A stretch of 46,126 nucleotides of DNA from a virus: the IMG/VR virus record IMGVR_UViG_3300025297_000001. The stretch is one strand, 5' to 3'. Each line of letters starts with the position of its first letter. Positions within the stretch are counted from its first letter, which is position 1. The notes below the pieces were generated by a model that had not been told where the DNA came from, searched no databases, and worked only from the letters and a program-made list of their open reading frames with translations. Below are positions 15,168-22,651 of the stretch, in pieces. The position numbers and the translations under genes are program-made.

Positions 15168-16050
15168 TGTGCGGCCCTCATGATTGCCCTGCCGATGATT
15201 TCCGGGATTTGCGGGACGACGGCGTTACCGAGGGTGCGCAATCGGTCCACCCGATTGGGAACCCCATCAGCCACTCGACCCACGGCGGGTTCAGTGAGCC
15301 ACTGCCGTCCGTCAAGAGCACTGCCGAGCACAAATTGTCCGGCGGTCTGCCAGCTTCTCGGCGGGCTACCGACATCCCTTGGCCCTTGTAATCTCGAGCT
15401 ACTGGCGTCGGCCATTTCTTGACCCACGTCGCCAGGCCATCCCCGCTCGTCTTGCTCAGGCCCTTCCGATTGTGATTGCCATTCACGGTCGGCGTTGGCA
15501 GCGGCGATAGAAAGTTGCGCGGCGATCTCCCCGCTGAGCGGAGCGCTATTGCCTTCGTATTTGTCGCTTCCGGCGTCGGTAGCAATGATCCAGATGCGGT
15601 CGCGCTGGTGAGGCGCACCAACGGCTGACGCCGGTATGCAATGCCACTCCGCGTCATACCCGATCTCGGCCATGCGCCCGAGTACGGCGTCCAACCCTCG
15701 ACTAAGCAGCGCTGCCACGTTCTCCAGCACCGCGCGGAATGGTCGTACCATGCGAATGGTTCGTAGGAGAGGCCAGACGAGTCCAGAACGGGCGCCGGCA
15801 AGTCCGGCACCTTCTCCAGCGAGTGAGATATCTTGACACGGAAATCCGCCTGAGATGACCGTTTCCGGACCCTGCGAAGCAAGCTGTTCAGCGCATAGAT
15901 GCCCTGGAAGTTGTATGCGTTCGGCCATCGCTCTTTCAAAACCCTTCGGCAAAATTCATTGATCTCGCAGAACGCAACCGTCTCCATGCCGGCCTTTTCC
16001 AGACCCAAGGAAAAGCCGCCGATACCCGAAAATAGATCAACTACTTTCAT
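15164..16050 (-). CDS. DNA (cytosine-5) methyltransferase, split over two overlapping frames (frameshifted or recoded)
   Basis: Frame A (from ATG 16050) carries motif I, DLFSGIGG. Frame B carries GGFPCQDIS, ENV, QRDRIW and GNAVVPQ. At least one frame change is needed near 15900-15950. Confidence 0.7.
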
Positions 16051-16178
16051 TGTCCCTCGCGGAGTGGGCGCGTGTCCGCGTACCAGCGTCCGCCCCGCCA
16101 AATTTCGATAAGCGCTTCCCAGATGGTCATCCTGGGCGCCGGCTCACCTGTCTTGCTGTTCGGAAATCCTCCGCACAT
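16047..16178 (-). CDS. possible 43-aa protein
   Basis: GAGG RBS and ATG 16178. The stop overlaps the MTase ATG (ATGA). Confidence 0.35.
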   Translation of the reverse strand: MCGGFPNSKTGEPAPRMTIWEALIEIWRGGRWYADTRPLREGQ

Positions 16179-16185
16179 GGCGACC

Positions 16186-16362
16186 TCACATGAAACTGTT
16201 GGAGTTGGAATTGAGGATGCGGGGCTCAGCCTTGAGGCTGGCGACCTCGGCGCGGAGACGTTCGATCTCGTCGGCCGCTGCTCGCAGCCATGCCGGGTCA
16301 ATACCCGTTTGGTTCTTCATGTAGTCAGCGACGTTTCTGAGGTTCTGTACCGAAACGGTCAT
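16186..16362 (-). CDS. small coiled-coil protein (58 aa, below ORF-track cut-off)
   Basis: ATG 16362 overlaps the HNH gene stop (ATGA). MTVSVQNLRNVADYMKNQTGIDPAWLRAAADEIERLRAEVASLKAE... Confidence 0.45.
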   Translation of the reverse strand: MTVSVQNLRNVADYMKNQTGIDPAWLRAAADEIERLRAEVASLKAEPRILNSNSNSFM

Positions 16363-17057
16363 TTGCCGCCCTCGCTCTTGAGGACAAGATCTGCAGGCTG
16401 TACGTGTTGGTAAGACTGTCGATTACGGATGCGATGGATAGTGGCGGTTGAGACGCCAAACTCTTTGGCCAGACCGTTGACGACGCCGACTACGCCAAAG
16501 GGCGAATTGCAAATGCGGATGATTTCTTCGCTCGTGAATATCCGCTGGTCTGTCCGATCTTTTCGCCAAAGGCGGCCAGCGTGGATATCTCGGACGTTCG
16601 TCTCCGAAACATTGAAACGGGCTGCAATATCAAGAACAGGAAGCTTGTTCTGTAGCGCTCTAATCTCATCGACTTGTTCCAAGGTCAGCTTGCGCTTCGG
16701 CTGAGACCCGGATTGCTGCCAGCGTTCTTGCTGATTTTCAGATGCTGTCTTCCAAGATAAGTGTCGAGGATTGACGCAGCCCTTCGCGCCGTTTCCGCAG
16801 GAGTGAGCCGCATGGTGCTGCGGGGTCGGCGGGGTCCCATTGACGTGCTCACACATGACGCGGTGAGCGGCCATCCTACCGCCGTCGAAGTAAGCGTAGC
16901 CATTCCTGGACAGGGCGAAGGGCCATATTAGACACCATTCAACGTAGGGGTAGTCCAAGTGTGCTCGCATCCAAGCTCTGGCCTTACCGTCGCCCTGAAG
17001 GCGGCCCAGCACAACAGACCCTCCCTGCGCGGTAAAACTCGTGTTTGATGCGGTCAT
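16359..17057 (-). CDS. HNH endonuclease with C-terminal HTH repeats (homing-endonuclease-like)
   Basis: Internal Met at 17057. AHRVMCEHVNG...AAHSCGNGAKGCVNPRHLSW plus two HTH-like segments. Confidence 0.8.
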   Translation of the reverse strand: MTASNTSFTAQGGSVVLGRLQGDGKARAWMRAHLDYPYVEWCLIWPFALSRNGYAYFDGGRMAAHRVMCEHVNGTPPTPQHHAAHSCGNGAKGCVNPRHLSWKTASENQQERWQQSGSQPKRKLTLEQVDEIRALQNKLPVLDIAARFNVSETNVRDIHAGRLWRKDRTDQRIFTSEEIIRICNSPFGVVGVVNGLAKEFGVSTATIHRIRNRQSYQHVQPADLVLKSEGGK

Positions 17058-17206
17058 GGATTTGCCTTTGAAAGAAGTTGGCCGGTCCAAAGCATGGCCT
17101 GCATGATGCCGACGACGATGGCTGCGACCTTCCACACGATCGGCGGAAACAGGTCGATCAGTATCCAGAGCCACGTCGGTATGATGCGGACCAGGAGGTC
17201 TTTCAC
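17054..17206 (-). CDS. small two-TM membrane protein (50 aa, below cut-off)
   Basis: GGAGGG RBS and GTG 17206 (GTGA overlap upstream, ATGA downstream). MKDLLVRIIPTWLWILIDLFPPIVWKVAAIVVGIMQAMLW... Confidence 0.45.
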   Translation of the reverse strand: MKDLLVRIIPTWLWILIDLFPPIVWKVAAIVVGIMQAMLWTGQLLSKANP

Positions 17207-17508
17207 GCGCTTACCCTCCGCTTCGACGGATTGAGCATGGCGGTGAAGATGGAGATGTCAGTCTTGCACTCGACGAGCGGGCGGAAGTAGTCCGCTAGGA
17301 AGCCAAATTCCATCAATCCGCAAGCCCGAGACACCATCGGTTTGTTATGAATTTCGCGAAGGTAGAGGCGTGTCTTTCCATCTGTGCCGGGACAAAAGCC
17401 GCGGATGGTGTAGACGCAATCCTTCTCCGCATAGATTGCATCAGCCTTTCTGAGTTCATTGGGCCAATGAATTATGCAAACCACCTTCTGCCCCACTCGA
17501 AATGTCAC
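17203..17508 (-). CDS. hypothetical protein
   Basis: GTG 17508 preceded by an AAGGAGA RBS; 101 aa. Confidence 0.55.
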   Translation of the reverse strand: MTFRVGQKVVCIIHWPNELRKADAIYAEKDCVYTIRGFCPGTDGKTRLYLREIHNKPMVSRACGLMEFGFLADYFRPLVECKTDISIFTAMLNPSKRRVSA

Positions 17509-17521
17509 TTTCCGTCTCCTT

Positions 17522-17644
17522 TCATGTGCGAAACAGCCAATCGCAGAAACGAAACCCAGCCCACCCTGCGAGCAACAACACACAGAGCTTCACTAGCGGA
17601 TGCTCGATGTACTGAGCGGCTTCGACGAGATAGGAGGGGATCAT
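17522..17644 (-). CDS. small TM protein (40 aa)
   Basis: ATG 17644 overlaps the upstream stop (ATGA). LVKLCVLLLAGWAGFRFCDWLF. Confidence 0.4.
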   Translation of the reverse strand: MIPSYLVEAAQYIEHPLVKLCVLLLAGWAGFRFCDWLFRT

Positions 17645-17940
17645 CGCGACCTCAGTGTCATGGCCAGCAAGAACGGGTCTTTGCCGTGGCACTTCCACCA
17701 CTCCAACTCGTTGCCGAATGCGTGTTGCTCTCGGTGATGCTTGCCGCACAATGGAAGCGCCCATCGATCGCTCGGCTTCTCAGCCATTCCAGTGTGCGCC
17801 TTGCCGTGCTCCAAGGAGGCCGTTCGGATGTGCGCGGCCTCCACCGTAGTGTCGTCGCCGCAGATGCAGCAGGGCAATGACCGGATGTAATCCAGGTGCT
17901 TGTTGTCGCGCTCGCGGGGCTGACGCTGGCGTAGGGTCAC
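17641..17940 (-). CDS. DUF968 / Ref-like HNH-type nuclease
   Basis: LPCCICG...AAHIR...KPSDRWALPLCGKHHREQH pattern. The GTG 17940 start overlaps the upstream stop. Confidence 0.65.
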   Translation of the reverse strand: MTLRQRQPRERDNKHLDYIRSLPCCICGDDTTVEAAHIRTASLEHGKAHTGMAEKPSDRWALPLCGKHHREQHAFGNELEWWKCHGKDPFLLAMTLRSR

Positions 17941-18251
17941 AGCTTCATCTCCGCGCGCTTGGTTGCCTCTTCGCTCTGCCACTCGTTGAACCGCATCCGA
18001 ACCCACTCAAGCTTGACCTTCGCCAGGTTGGCCGAGGTCCGCGCGTTCACCATGCCGGCGATCCAGTCGTGCCATTCTTTGGACGCCTTCACGGTCTGCT
18101 CGGCCCGGTTAACCGGAATGTCTCCGAGCGCTCCCATGCGCTGGGCAAGCACAGCCGTCTTGGTTTCCTCAAGCATCGAAGCAGCCGCGTCCTTATCGAC
18201 CCAATCCTTGGCCGCCAGACGAAATTGCTCGCTGAGTGGCGCGTTGCTCAT
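17937..18251 (-). CDS. hypothetical protein of the recombination module
   Basis: 104-aa helical ORF between the SSB-tail protein and the nuclease. Confidence 0.65.
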   Translation of the reverse strand: MSNAPLSEQFRLAAKDWVDKDAAASMLEETKTAVLAQRMGALGDIPVNRAEQTVKASKEWHDWIAGMVNARTSANLAKVKLEWVRMRFNEWQSEEATKRAEMKL

Positions 18252-18520
18252 CAGAATGGGATGTCGTCGTTCATGTCTTCATTGCGGGTGGCGGCACGAG
18301 CGGGCGCTTGCCGGGCTGCCTGCTTTTGACCTGCGCCTTCCTCTCGCTGCTTAGGTGGGAAGAGAGTGAGCCAAGCCTGGCCCTCGCTATTGCCAACCGG
18401 AAGCGCGTCCAGAACCACATTGATGCGATCCTCCTTCACGAAGGCGGCGCCGATCTTGGTGGAGCGCCACTTGCCGTCCTTGTCCTTGCGACTGGTCACA
18501 ACGTCGTATCGATCAATCAT
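18251..18520 (-). CDS. short SSB-like protein with canonical acidic DDIPF tail
   Basis: 89 aa. The C-terminus ...NEDMNDDIPF matches the SSB interaction tip. It lies directly downstream of the annealase. Confidence 0.6.
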   Translation of the reverse strand: MIDRYDVVTSRKDKDGKWRSTKIGAAFVKEDRINVVLDALPVGNSEGQAWLTLFPPKQREEGAGQKQAARQAPARAATRNEDMNDDIPF

Positions 18521-19188
18521 TCTGCTGCCTGCTGGGTTGAGGACGCGCCGATGCGGTCCAGGTTGTCATTGAGGTGCTTGCGCATGGCGACCGGCAATCC
18601 AGCGATGAGCCCCTTGTTGCTCTCGCGGAACTCGCTGGCGGTCGCCGCGTCGGTTACGAAGTTCTTGATGCCGGATGTCAGCAGCCGATACGCCTGAATG
18701 CCGCCACGAACGCCCCATTGGCATCGCGGGGCTTCCTGCTCGTAGAAGTGCTCCAGCTTGCCGATCGCCTCTTTCTCGAAAATGAAGCTCTTCCCGCGCG
18801 CCGTGATGGGCATCCAAGGAGCCTTCAGGTCGTACAGGTAGCGACCGACGCCCCAGCGGACCGCGGCGCGCTTGAAGGCATCGGAGAGGGCGCCTTTGTC
18901 GGCCTCGTAGTCCGTGTTGCCGGCGCCGTCCGCCTTCCAGATCCACTCGTTGCCGACTAAGATGCCGATATTGCAGACAATTGAGCCCTGCATGCCGTCG
19001 CTGTACTTGTTCTGCCAGCCGCCGGGACCGCAGACGGTATCGAGGCGGTCCATCACGTCGCGGGCGTCGATGTAGCAGAGCGCCATGCCGCTGGTTTTCT
19101 CGCCATTGGTAGAGCCAACGCGCCATGAGATGCTCTCGACCGGGAAGGGCTCGCAGAGGGCATCGAATATTTCTTGGGCATCAACCAT
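18517..19188 (-). CDS. Rad52/22-family single-strand annealing protein
   Basis: CYIDARDVMDRLD...GPGGWQ...KGALSDAFKRAAVRWGVGRYLY is the Rad52/Sak signature. Confidence 0.85.
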   Translation of the reverse strand: MVDAQEIFDALCEPFPVESISWRVGSTNGEKTSGMALCYIDARDVMDRLDTVCGPGGWQNKYSDGMQGSIVCNIGILVGNEWIWKADGAGNTDYEADKGALSDAFKRAAVRWGVGRYLYDLKAPWMPITARGKSFIFEKEAIGKLEHFYEQEAPRCQWGVRGGIQAYRLLTSGIKNFVTDAATASEFRESNKGLIAGLPVAMRKHLNDNLDRIGASSTQQAAE

Positions 19189-19381
19189 TGGAGACCACCT
19201 TCAGGCTCTTCCGCCTGTGCTGCCGGATCACCGCGTTCAATCCGATGATCGTTTCTTCGATGTCCTCGATTTCCCTGGCGCCGAACTCTGCGTGGCGCGC
19301 AGGCTGGAACATGTAGACGTCGAATAAATCCTTGGCGTTGTCGCGAAGACCTTTGGTCATGCGGCCGATGTCGTCGTTCAT
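19181..19381 (-). CDS. hypothetical protein
   Basis: 66-aa ORF overlapping its neighbours by 4-8 nt. Confidence 0.6.
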   Translation of the reverse strand: MNDDIGRMTKGLRDNAKDLFDVYMFQPARHAEFGAREIEDIEETIIGLNAVIRQHRRKSLKVVSNG

Positions 19382-19560
19382 AGCAATTCGTCCTCATCGC
19401 TGATCTCGAAGAGATTGTTCGGACTGTCTTCTCTCCACCCGCAAAATTCGCAGCAGTATGGACCGCACTGCTGCATACCCACCCCGATATCAACGAAGTC
19501 AGCCGTAGCTACAGCGCTGCACTTCGGACAAATCGATTGATCGAAGGCTAGAACAGACAT
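19378..19560 (-). CDS. zinc-finger small protein
   Basis: CPKC...CCEFC cysteine pairs and an acidic C-terminus. Confidence 0.55.
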   Translation of the reverse strand: MSVLAFDQSICPKCSAVATADFVDIGVGMQQCGPYCCEFCGWREDSPNNLFEISDEDELL

Positions 19561-19608
19561 GCGATTGCGAAGCTCCCTGCGACTGTGAGAACGATAGCGA
19601 TCCAGTAG

Positions 19609-19767
19609 TCACGCATCTGCCACCTCCCGCCAAAGCACGGTCTGCAGCTTCATTTCCGCGACGTAATCGGCAGGCGCCATGAACTGGTCGTACAGGGCCT
19701 TCATCACGGCTTGGTTGGTTTCGGGTAAGCGCATGTAGCGCTCGAAGGCTTCGATATCTTCGGTCAT
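19609..19767 (-). CDS. small hypothetical protein (52 aa, below cut-off)
   Basis: ATG 19767 overlaps the upstream stop (ATGA). MTEDIEAFERYMRLPETNQAVMKALYDQFMAPADYVAEMKLQTVLWREVADA. Confidence 0.45.
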   Translation of the reverse strand: MTEDIEAFERYMRLPETNQAVMKALYDQFMAPADYVAEMKLQTVLWREVADA

Positions 19768-19976
19768 CGTTCGTCCTCGATCTGCTCAAGAAGATCGGCG
19801 ATTGCTGCCTGCTCGGTCGGGCCGCGCCCAACCGGGTGTGTTGACCACCAGCCCTCGCTGTCGCTCTCAGCTTCGTAATTGTCGGTGACTGCAGACCAGT
19901 CCATGCAGCGAACCGGGATCGGCGGGTAATCGTGATTGGTGTGGATCTTGACGCCGTTGATGATGTGCAGGGCCAT
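19764..19976 (-). CDS. hypothetical protein
   Basis: 70-aa ORF, second gene of the leftward operon. Confidence 0.6.
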   Translation of the reverse strand: MALHIINGVKIHTNHDYPPIPVRCMDWSAVTDNYEAESDSEGWWSTHPVGRGPTEQAAIADLLEQIEDER

Positions 19977-19981
19977 CGCCG

Positions 19982-20287
19982 TTACTCCGCCATCTCGATT
20001 GCGCGGCGGCGGTCGGCCTGAACTGCTGCAAGCTCTTCACCGCTGATCGGCGTGCGGTAGCTGTCCATCAGCAGGAGCGCGGCGGTCTTGAACTCTTCCG
20101 TCACATCTTTGTCGGTGCCGACTTCGATGATTGAGGAGACCGTGAAGCGCTCGCCGGTCATCAGGTTGCCCCACTCGCCGGCAGCCAGAGACTTGATGGT
20201 TTCCTCGCGGCCCATCTCTTTCAGATCGCGCTCGGCGACGTAGGGCTCGCGGGTTCCGCAGATGACGAGATATATTTGACTGGCCAT
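19982..20287 (-). CDS. hypothetical protein, first gene of the leftward early operon
   Basis: Internal Met 20287 with a GGGGGA RBS; 101 aa. The promoter/operator region lies upstream. Confidence 0.6.
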   Translation of the reverse strand: MASQIYLVICGTREPYVAERDLKEMGREETIKSLAAGEWGNLMTGERFTVSSIIEVGTDKDVTEEFKTAALLLMDSYRTPISGEELAAVQADRRRAIEMAE

Positions 20288-20321
20288 TGCCGTCCCCCTG
20301 GCTGGTGATTTGCTGACAGGG

Positions 20322-20376
20322 ATATAGTTGCACAAGTCGCAACCGACTGCAATAGGAAAGATGCGCAACTTGCAAC
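20322..20376 (-). promoter_or_regulatory. putative leftward early promoter with operator-like TTGC(A/G)CAA sites
   Basis: The minus strand reads ...GTGCAACTATAT... (CTATAT -10-like). TGCGCAA/TTGCAAC repeats resemble the TTGCGCAA sites on the other side of the repressor gene. Confidence 0.4.
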
Positions 20377-20388
20377 TTTTTTTCAGGC

Positions 20389-20415
20389 AAAGAAAAACCC
20401 GCTCTAGGCGGGCTT
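20389..20415 (-). terminator. rho-independent terminator after the repressor gene
   Basis: The minus strand reads GCCCGC-CTAGA-GCGGG followed by TTTTTCTTT, immediately after the repressor stop (20425). Confidence 0.5.
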
Positions 20416-20424
20416 CCCCGGCTC

Positions 20425-20841
20425 CTATGCCCGCTTGGCGGGGAAAGCAGCCTCTATCATGGCTCTTATGCGCTCTTTTTCGTCCGCCGATCTATCCCGA
20501 AGCAGCCTAGACAGCCAGTCTACGTCAGGGTCGGTGAATATATCAACGACATCATGGCCCTTCCCGAAGAATTCCCCGAGCTTGCGGGCCCATTCGGGGG
20601 ATGGGGTGGAGGGGCGATCTTCGTCCAGCCACCGGGAAAGCTGGCTTTTGTCCACATCCAGCGCCTCCACAATCTCGGCCCTGGTGACGCCGTGGCGTTC
20701 CATCAGTTCATGCAAATAGTGCGGGCGCCTTGGCGTGCGGTTGGCGTAGATCTGCGCCAGCGGGGCTCTATTGGGCTTTCTGGACATGGTTGCGAGATTG
20801 TCGATTCCCGCTTGCGATGTCGTTAACGGATTGCGCAACAT
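20425..20841 (-). CDS. CI-like XRE-family repressor (no S24 peptidase domain); alternative start 20787
   Basis: HTH VTRAEIVEALDVDKSQLSRWL. Divergent from the cro-like gene and has its own terminator. Confidence 0.8.
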   Translation of the reverse strand: MLRNPLTTSQAGIDNLATMSRKPNRAPLAQIYANRTPRRPHYLHELMERHGVTRAEIVEALDVDKSQLSRWLDEDRPSTPSPEWARKLGEFFGKGHDVVDIFTDPDVDWLSRLLRDRSADEKERIRAMIEAAFPAKRA

Positions 20842-20880
20842 TACCCCTTGACTTCCGTTGCTAGTTGCGCAACTATGTCG
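20790..20880. promoter_or_regulatory. operator/promoter region between repressor and cro-like gene
   Basis: TTGCGA (20790, 20812), palindromic TTGCGCAA (20831-20838) and the 12-bp perfect palindrome AGTTGCGCAACT (20863-20874). CTTGAC -35-like element at 20847-20852. Confidence 0.5.
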
Positions 20881-20882
20881 GC

Positions 20883-21083
20883 ATGCACGTATCCCTTACC
20901 CAATTGTTGGACGCCAAGGGCCTTCGCCTTGCAGACCTCGCGCGCAAGACGGGGGTCAACAAGGCGACTGTGACGCGCTGGGCGCAAAAGACCGTCCCGC
21001 TGACCAGGGTTTACCAGATCGAAAAGGAAACGGGGATCTCCCGCCACGAACTGAGGCCCGACTTTTTCGGGGAACCTCAATGA
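20883..21083 (+). CDS. Cro/YdaS-like HTH regulator
   Basis: 66 aa. LRLADLARKTGVNKATVTRW HTH. First rightward gene after the operators. Confidence 0.7.
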   Translation: MHVSLTQLLDAKGLRLADLARKTGVNKATVTRWAQKTVPLTRVYQIEKETGISRHELRPDFFGEPQ

Positions 21084-21334
21084 GTGACGGGGCGGTCGAT
21101 CAGTTGTTGGAGGTTGAACGCCTCTTCGGCGGTGTTGATGCACTGCTGGCCGCTTATCATCAAAAGGTCGGCGCGCATCACGCAACTGTAGAGCCAGTGG
21201 ACCTGACCGCCACGGCGAACGCCGCAGATGATTCGGACATTCGGTCCGTCGATCTCCGTGACGACTTCGCTGATGAAGTATTCCGGCAGTCCATAAGTAT
21301 CGGGCGCGCTGGGCGCCTCTTTGTGCATTCCCAT
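21077..21334 (-). CDS. possible 85-aa protein on the opposite strand to the rightward operon
   Basis: Balanced composition (YFISEVVTEIDGPNVRIICGVRRGGQVHWLYSCVM). By hand count its third-position GC is higher than that of the competing + frame. Confidence 0.4.
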   Translation of the reverse strand: MGMHKEAPSAPDTYGLPEYFISEVVTEIDGPNVRIICGVRRGGQVHWLYSCVMRADLLMISGQQCINTAEEAFNLQQLIDRPVTH

Positions 21335-21529
21335 TCCCGGCGACTCCCCCGCAAATCACACTTGTGCTCATACTGTGTTCACAACCTGACAGGGCGCAAG
21401 AGGAAACACGCGCACCAGTATCCATACAATTACGGATATCCCGAGAAAATTGAGTCAAATGTTCCTTCTGCGGAACTCCCATGCGTGCCATGCGCATCGT
21501 CTCATTTTGGGATTCGTCAGCGCGCGATT

Positions 21530-21628
21530 TCATTTCGGATGGTTTCGGAAGAGCCATTTGAGGGTCAAAAACAACGCAAGCCAAAGCACCAGACCCGCGC
21601 CGAGCGCGATCAGTATCCAATCGAACAT
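21530..21628 (-). CDS. possible 32-aa hydrophobic peptide with strong Shine-Dalgarno
   Basis: CCAGGAGAGTGAG-ATG. MFDWILIALGAGLVLWLALFLTLKWLFRNHPK has a single TM segment. Confidence 0.3.
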   Translation of the reverse strand: MFDWILIALGAGLVLWLALFLTLKWLFRNHPK

Positions 21629-21654
21629 CTCACTCTCCTGGAAGCGGGTGCGCC

Positions 21655-21987
21655 ATGACGCATTGGCGGACACCGAAAGTGACGAGCGGAGCCACGTCGG
21701 GGGATCAACCGCAGCTCCGCTCTCTGCACGCGCCCTACACAACGCGGCGCGACAACATAATTTTCTTCCCGACCTCCCGGCCGAGTGAGCGACAGGCTCC
21801 TCAGCCCAACTGCCAGCGGCATTCAGTTGTCGCTGGCGATTTTATTCCCGACCCGATCGACCATCGCGAGTTCGGCTCGTGGGCGTTCACCATCGCCTTC
21901 TTTGCTGCCCCCAGCGTCATCGTCACCTTGGGTGTCGTTGGTTATGCGGTCTATGCGCTGCTGGTTGCGCAGCCTGTTGAGTATTAG
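21655..21987 (+). CDS. possible C-terminally TM-anchored protein
   Basis: 110-aa ORF with high third-position GC and TM segment WAFTIAFFAAPSVIVTLGVVGYAVYALLV. It competes with an antisense ORF. Confidence 0.3.
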   Translation: MTHWRTPKVTSGATSGDQPQLRSLHAPYTTRRDNIIFFPTSRPSERQAPQPNCQRHSVVAGDFIPDPIDHREFGSWAFTIAFFAAPSVIVTLGVVGYAVYALLVAQPVEY

Positions 21988-22059
21988 CGCGGCGGTAAGC
22001 CCGATCTGTGTGAAGCCCACGTTCGTTTCCACCATGTGTCCCCAGTAGGAGTAACTTCG

Positions 22060-22551
22060 ATGACGGCAACAGTAGCCAGAACGGCGAATTGCGCAAAAAC
22101 AGGCACCGACGATAGCGTCGGCCAGAACCGTCGCGGGCGTCGGCTGAATGCCGATCTCATGCGGAAATCGCGTGACGTTTTCCCTGTGAAGACAGCTCAC
22201 CATCTCGCTGACATCACGGGTTATTCCGTGCGGGCGTGTGAACGCTGGCTATCTGAGCGCGTTGTAATTCCAGGCGACGCGCTGGCCTCCCTTCTCCAAT
22301 CGGAATGGGGCAGGGAATTTCTATCAGCCGTCATGACCGACAACACGCCGCGCTGGTGGCTGCAGCTCAAGGCATGGATTCAGGCGATCGATCTGGCCGC
22401 CGCCGAGCGCAAGCATCGCCGGAAACTGCGGGAGCTTCTTGATGACGCAAACCAGGCACCGCGTTCGGCTGCCCTGCTTTTACAGGACGAGGATTTTTAT
22501 TCGGGCCAGCCTTACCCGGTTCGTGCGCTGGCTAAGGGGCGGATGAAATGA
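22060..22551 (+). CDS. HTH-containing early protein (regulator or replication accessory)
   Basis: AGGAG RBS before ATG 22060. HLADITGYSVRACERWLS HTH-like segment. Confidence 0.6.
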   Translation: MTATVARTANCAKTGTDDSVGQNRRGRRLNADLMRKSRDVFPVKTAHHLADITGYSVRACERWLSERVVIPGDALASLLQSEWGREFLSAVMTDNTPRWWLQLKAWIQAIDLAAAERKHRRKLRELLDDANQAPRSAALLLQDEDFYSGQPYPVRALAKGRMK

Positions 22552-22651
22552 TGCATAACTCTCATTCACACTTTCACAAAGCAGATCCGCCGAGGTAGGC
22601 CAGCGCCCGCCGGCCATCACATGTGCGGGCACAGTAAAGAGGGCAGGGGTT

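Noticed and set aside
19548-19616. 22-aa hydrophobic mini-ORF (MRDYWIAIVLTVAGSFAIACLF) overlapping two neighbours
   Set aside because: It is too short and overlaps both flanking ORFs, and nothing supports it beyond hydrophobicity.
19499-19831. 110-aa minus ORF listed in the track
   Set aside because: Arg/Ser/Pro-rich junk-like translation. The same DNA is better explained by the coupled 52-aa ORF 19609..19767 and the 3' end of 19764..19976.
20841-21620. 259-aa minus-strand ORF antisense to cro
   Set aside because: Arg/Pro/Gly/His-rich shadow-frame composition. It overlaps the HTH-encoding cro-like gene and has no RBS or recognisable motifs.
20858-21658. 266-aa + strand ORF spanning the operator region, cro and beyond; also its sub-ORF from ATG 21080, which is ATGA-coupled to cro and has two CxxC pairs
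   Set aside because: The 5' part is out of frame with the convincing Cro-like HTH ORF. Composition is R/G/P/H-rich. By hand count its third-position GC is lower than that of the antisense 85-aa ORF. It is kept only as an alternative hypothesis in the finding for 21077-22059.
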